Positions 57,444 through 58,466 of a stretch of DNA of 58,466 nt are shown here, one piece after another. The stretch is from Candidatus Micrarchaeota archaeon (lineage in GTDB: Archaea; Micrarchaeota; Micrarchaeia; Anstonellales; Bilamarchaeaceae): positions 1 to 58,466 of the forward strand of contig JBDRLQ010000005.1 of the NCBI GenBank assembly GCA_043812915.1, written 5' to 3'. Under the pieces are notes generated by a model, which did no database searches, was not told the DNA's origin, and worked only from the letters and a program-made list of their open reading frames with translations. Each line of letters begins with the position of its first letter. The stretch's first letter is position 1. The position numbers and the translations under genes were made by a program.

Positions 57444-58360
57444 CGATGACTGGAAGAGCATTGAGAGACGGAAGCGCAGATGGCGCCAAAGGCGAGAAGA
57501 AAGTCCCGCTCGTTAGAAGGTGGGGTCCGACAGGTGTGGCAGCAGGCGGAGTTGCGGTTATCGCAGCGGCGCTCAAATTCTGCGGCCCGGCAGCTGAGCC
57601 GGCTCAGGATTGCACGCCAACCGTCCAGACACAGACAAAGACCGTTACAAAAAATGTGAACGTCCCGATTCCGTGCGCGGAGAATAACCTGTGCACATCA
57701 GCGCATGAAGTCGATGTTATCGCAAGGGGAGATGGGAACTCGCACTGCCCGAACGGCACCCTGGAGCAGGGCGTTGAGCTCGAAATCTTGGAGAGAAGGG
57801 GGAAGAGCCCGTTCTCGAGGGCAAATGTCCTCTACTCGGAATTCGGCAATGACGGAAGGCTCGCTGACGGGAGCAAAATCCTTTTAACCGAGAGGAGATG
57901 GCACGTCCTTTTCGATGAGGAACGCGGCATGCAGCACATATTCAACCCCTGCCAGGCTGATGTCCCGGTAAGGGAAGGCAGGCGGAGGGATGAGGTTTCT
58001 GATGAGCCAACCCCGGTGAAGGCGCCTCCTAGAGCGGAGCAGCCTCCTGCCAAGGCACCGCCCGCAGTGTCAACCGATTGGAGAGACCTGCCTTCCAAGG
58101 CGGTCCCGGCATCCCTGCTTAGCAACCTCGAGTCGCTGATTAATGGAAGGGGGACCCAGCTCAAGGCCAAGGGCATCTCCAGGGTAACCGTGAGATTCAC
58201 AATCGAGGGCAGTGGTTCGATAAGCCTCCAGGGGCTTGGCGGAGGTGACGAGATTACCAGCGTCATCTCCAGAGGGGAATTCTCCAGCAGGATTGGAAGC
58301 GCCTCCATGAGCGGCGACGGAACAAGGTACCGCTACTCAGCGTCATTCCCTGTGCAGTAG
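57440..58360 (+). CDS. Single-pass membrane protein with Pro-rich linker and TonB-C-like terminal domain
   Basis: N-terminal TM (GVAAGGVAVIAAALKFC), PPRAEQPPAKAPP linker, RVTVRFTIEGSGSI...YSASFPVQ; ATGA overlap with the upstream gene. Confidence 0.6.
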   Translation: MTMTGRALRDGSADGAKGEKKVPLVRRWGPTGVAAGGVAVIAAALKFCGPAAEPAQDCTPTVQTQTKTVTKNVNVPIPCAENNLCTSAHEVDVIARGDGNSHCPNGTLEQGVELEILERRGKSPFSRANVLYSEFGNDGRLADGSKILLTERRWHVLFDEERGMQHIFNPCQADVPVREGRRRDEVSDEPTPVKAPPRAEQPPAKAPPAVSTDWRDLPSKAVPASLLSNLESLINGRGTQLKAKGISRVTVRFTIEGSGSISLQGLGGGDEITSVISRGEFSSRIGSASMSGDGTRYRYSASFPVQ

Positions 58361-58404
58361 TTTTTTCTTTTTTCAGATTGGGAGCGGCATGAACGCCGCC
58401 TCCC
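58361..58404 (+). terminator. T-tract and hairpin after the last gene of the operon
   Basis: TTTTTTCTTTTTT immediately after the stop, then a bulged GGGAGCGGC/GCCGCCTCCC hairpin. Confidence 0.5.
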
Positions 58405-58427
58405 CTTAATTTATTTATCTTCTCCTC

Positions 58428-58466
58428 CTATTTTTCCTTCATGGCAGTAAGGTATGTGCTCTTCGA
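58428..58466 (-). CDS. Possible 3' end of a convergent gene entering from the right edge
   Basis: Open frame ...SKSTYLTAMKEK-stop; too short to identify. Confidence 0.3.
   Translation of the reverse strand, partial: SKSTYLTAMKEK

Noticed and set aside
1..58466. CRISPR array, rRNA, transposase or prophage
   Set aside because: No regularly spaced repeats, rRNA-like tracts or mobile-element motifs were seen.

Overview
Archaeal chromosomal window. Evidence: proteasome alpha subunit, rpo7-spt4, archaeal SecD/SecF, translin, ATP-dependent ligase, TTTATAAA-type TATA boxes and GAGGTG-type ribosome-binding sites. The gene style suggests a DPANN lineage such as Micrarchaeota (inference only). The left ~11 kb is a surface-glycan locus (pseudaminic-acid-type nonulosonic acid genes, glycosyltransferases, flippase, A24 prepilin peptidase). 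The middle holds housekeeping genes (lemA-htpX, psmA, pyrH, acyP, lig, pepA, ino1, rpo7-spt4, aminotransferase) interspersed with orphan ORFs. The right ~27 kb is the most unusual part. It contains a divergent type II/IV secretion-family ATPase, secD/secF, and four large ankyrin/FHA proteins that share an N-terminal motif ([TA]-S-R-[KR]-[LF]-A-x-W-[AST]-R-[LF]). Three of the four also share a C-terminal zincin-like domain, with HExxH intact in only one. After tRNA-Ala(CGC) comes a run of zinc-ribbon, coiled-coil and membrane-anchored proteins ending in a TonB-C-like protein. Together these could form an undescribed targeting/export or phospho-signalling system. No CRISPR array, rRNA or recognisable mobile element was seen. 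All calls come from motif reading; no searches were run.
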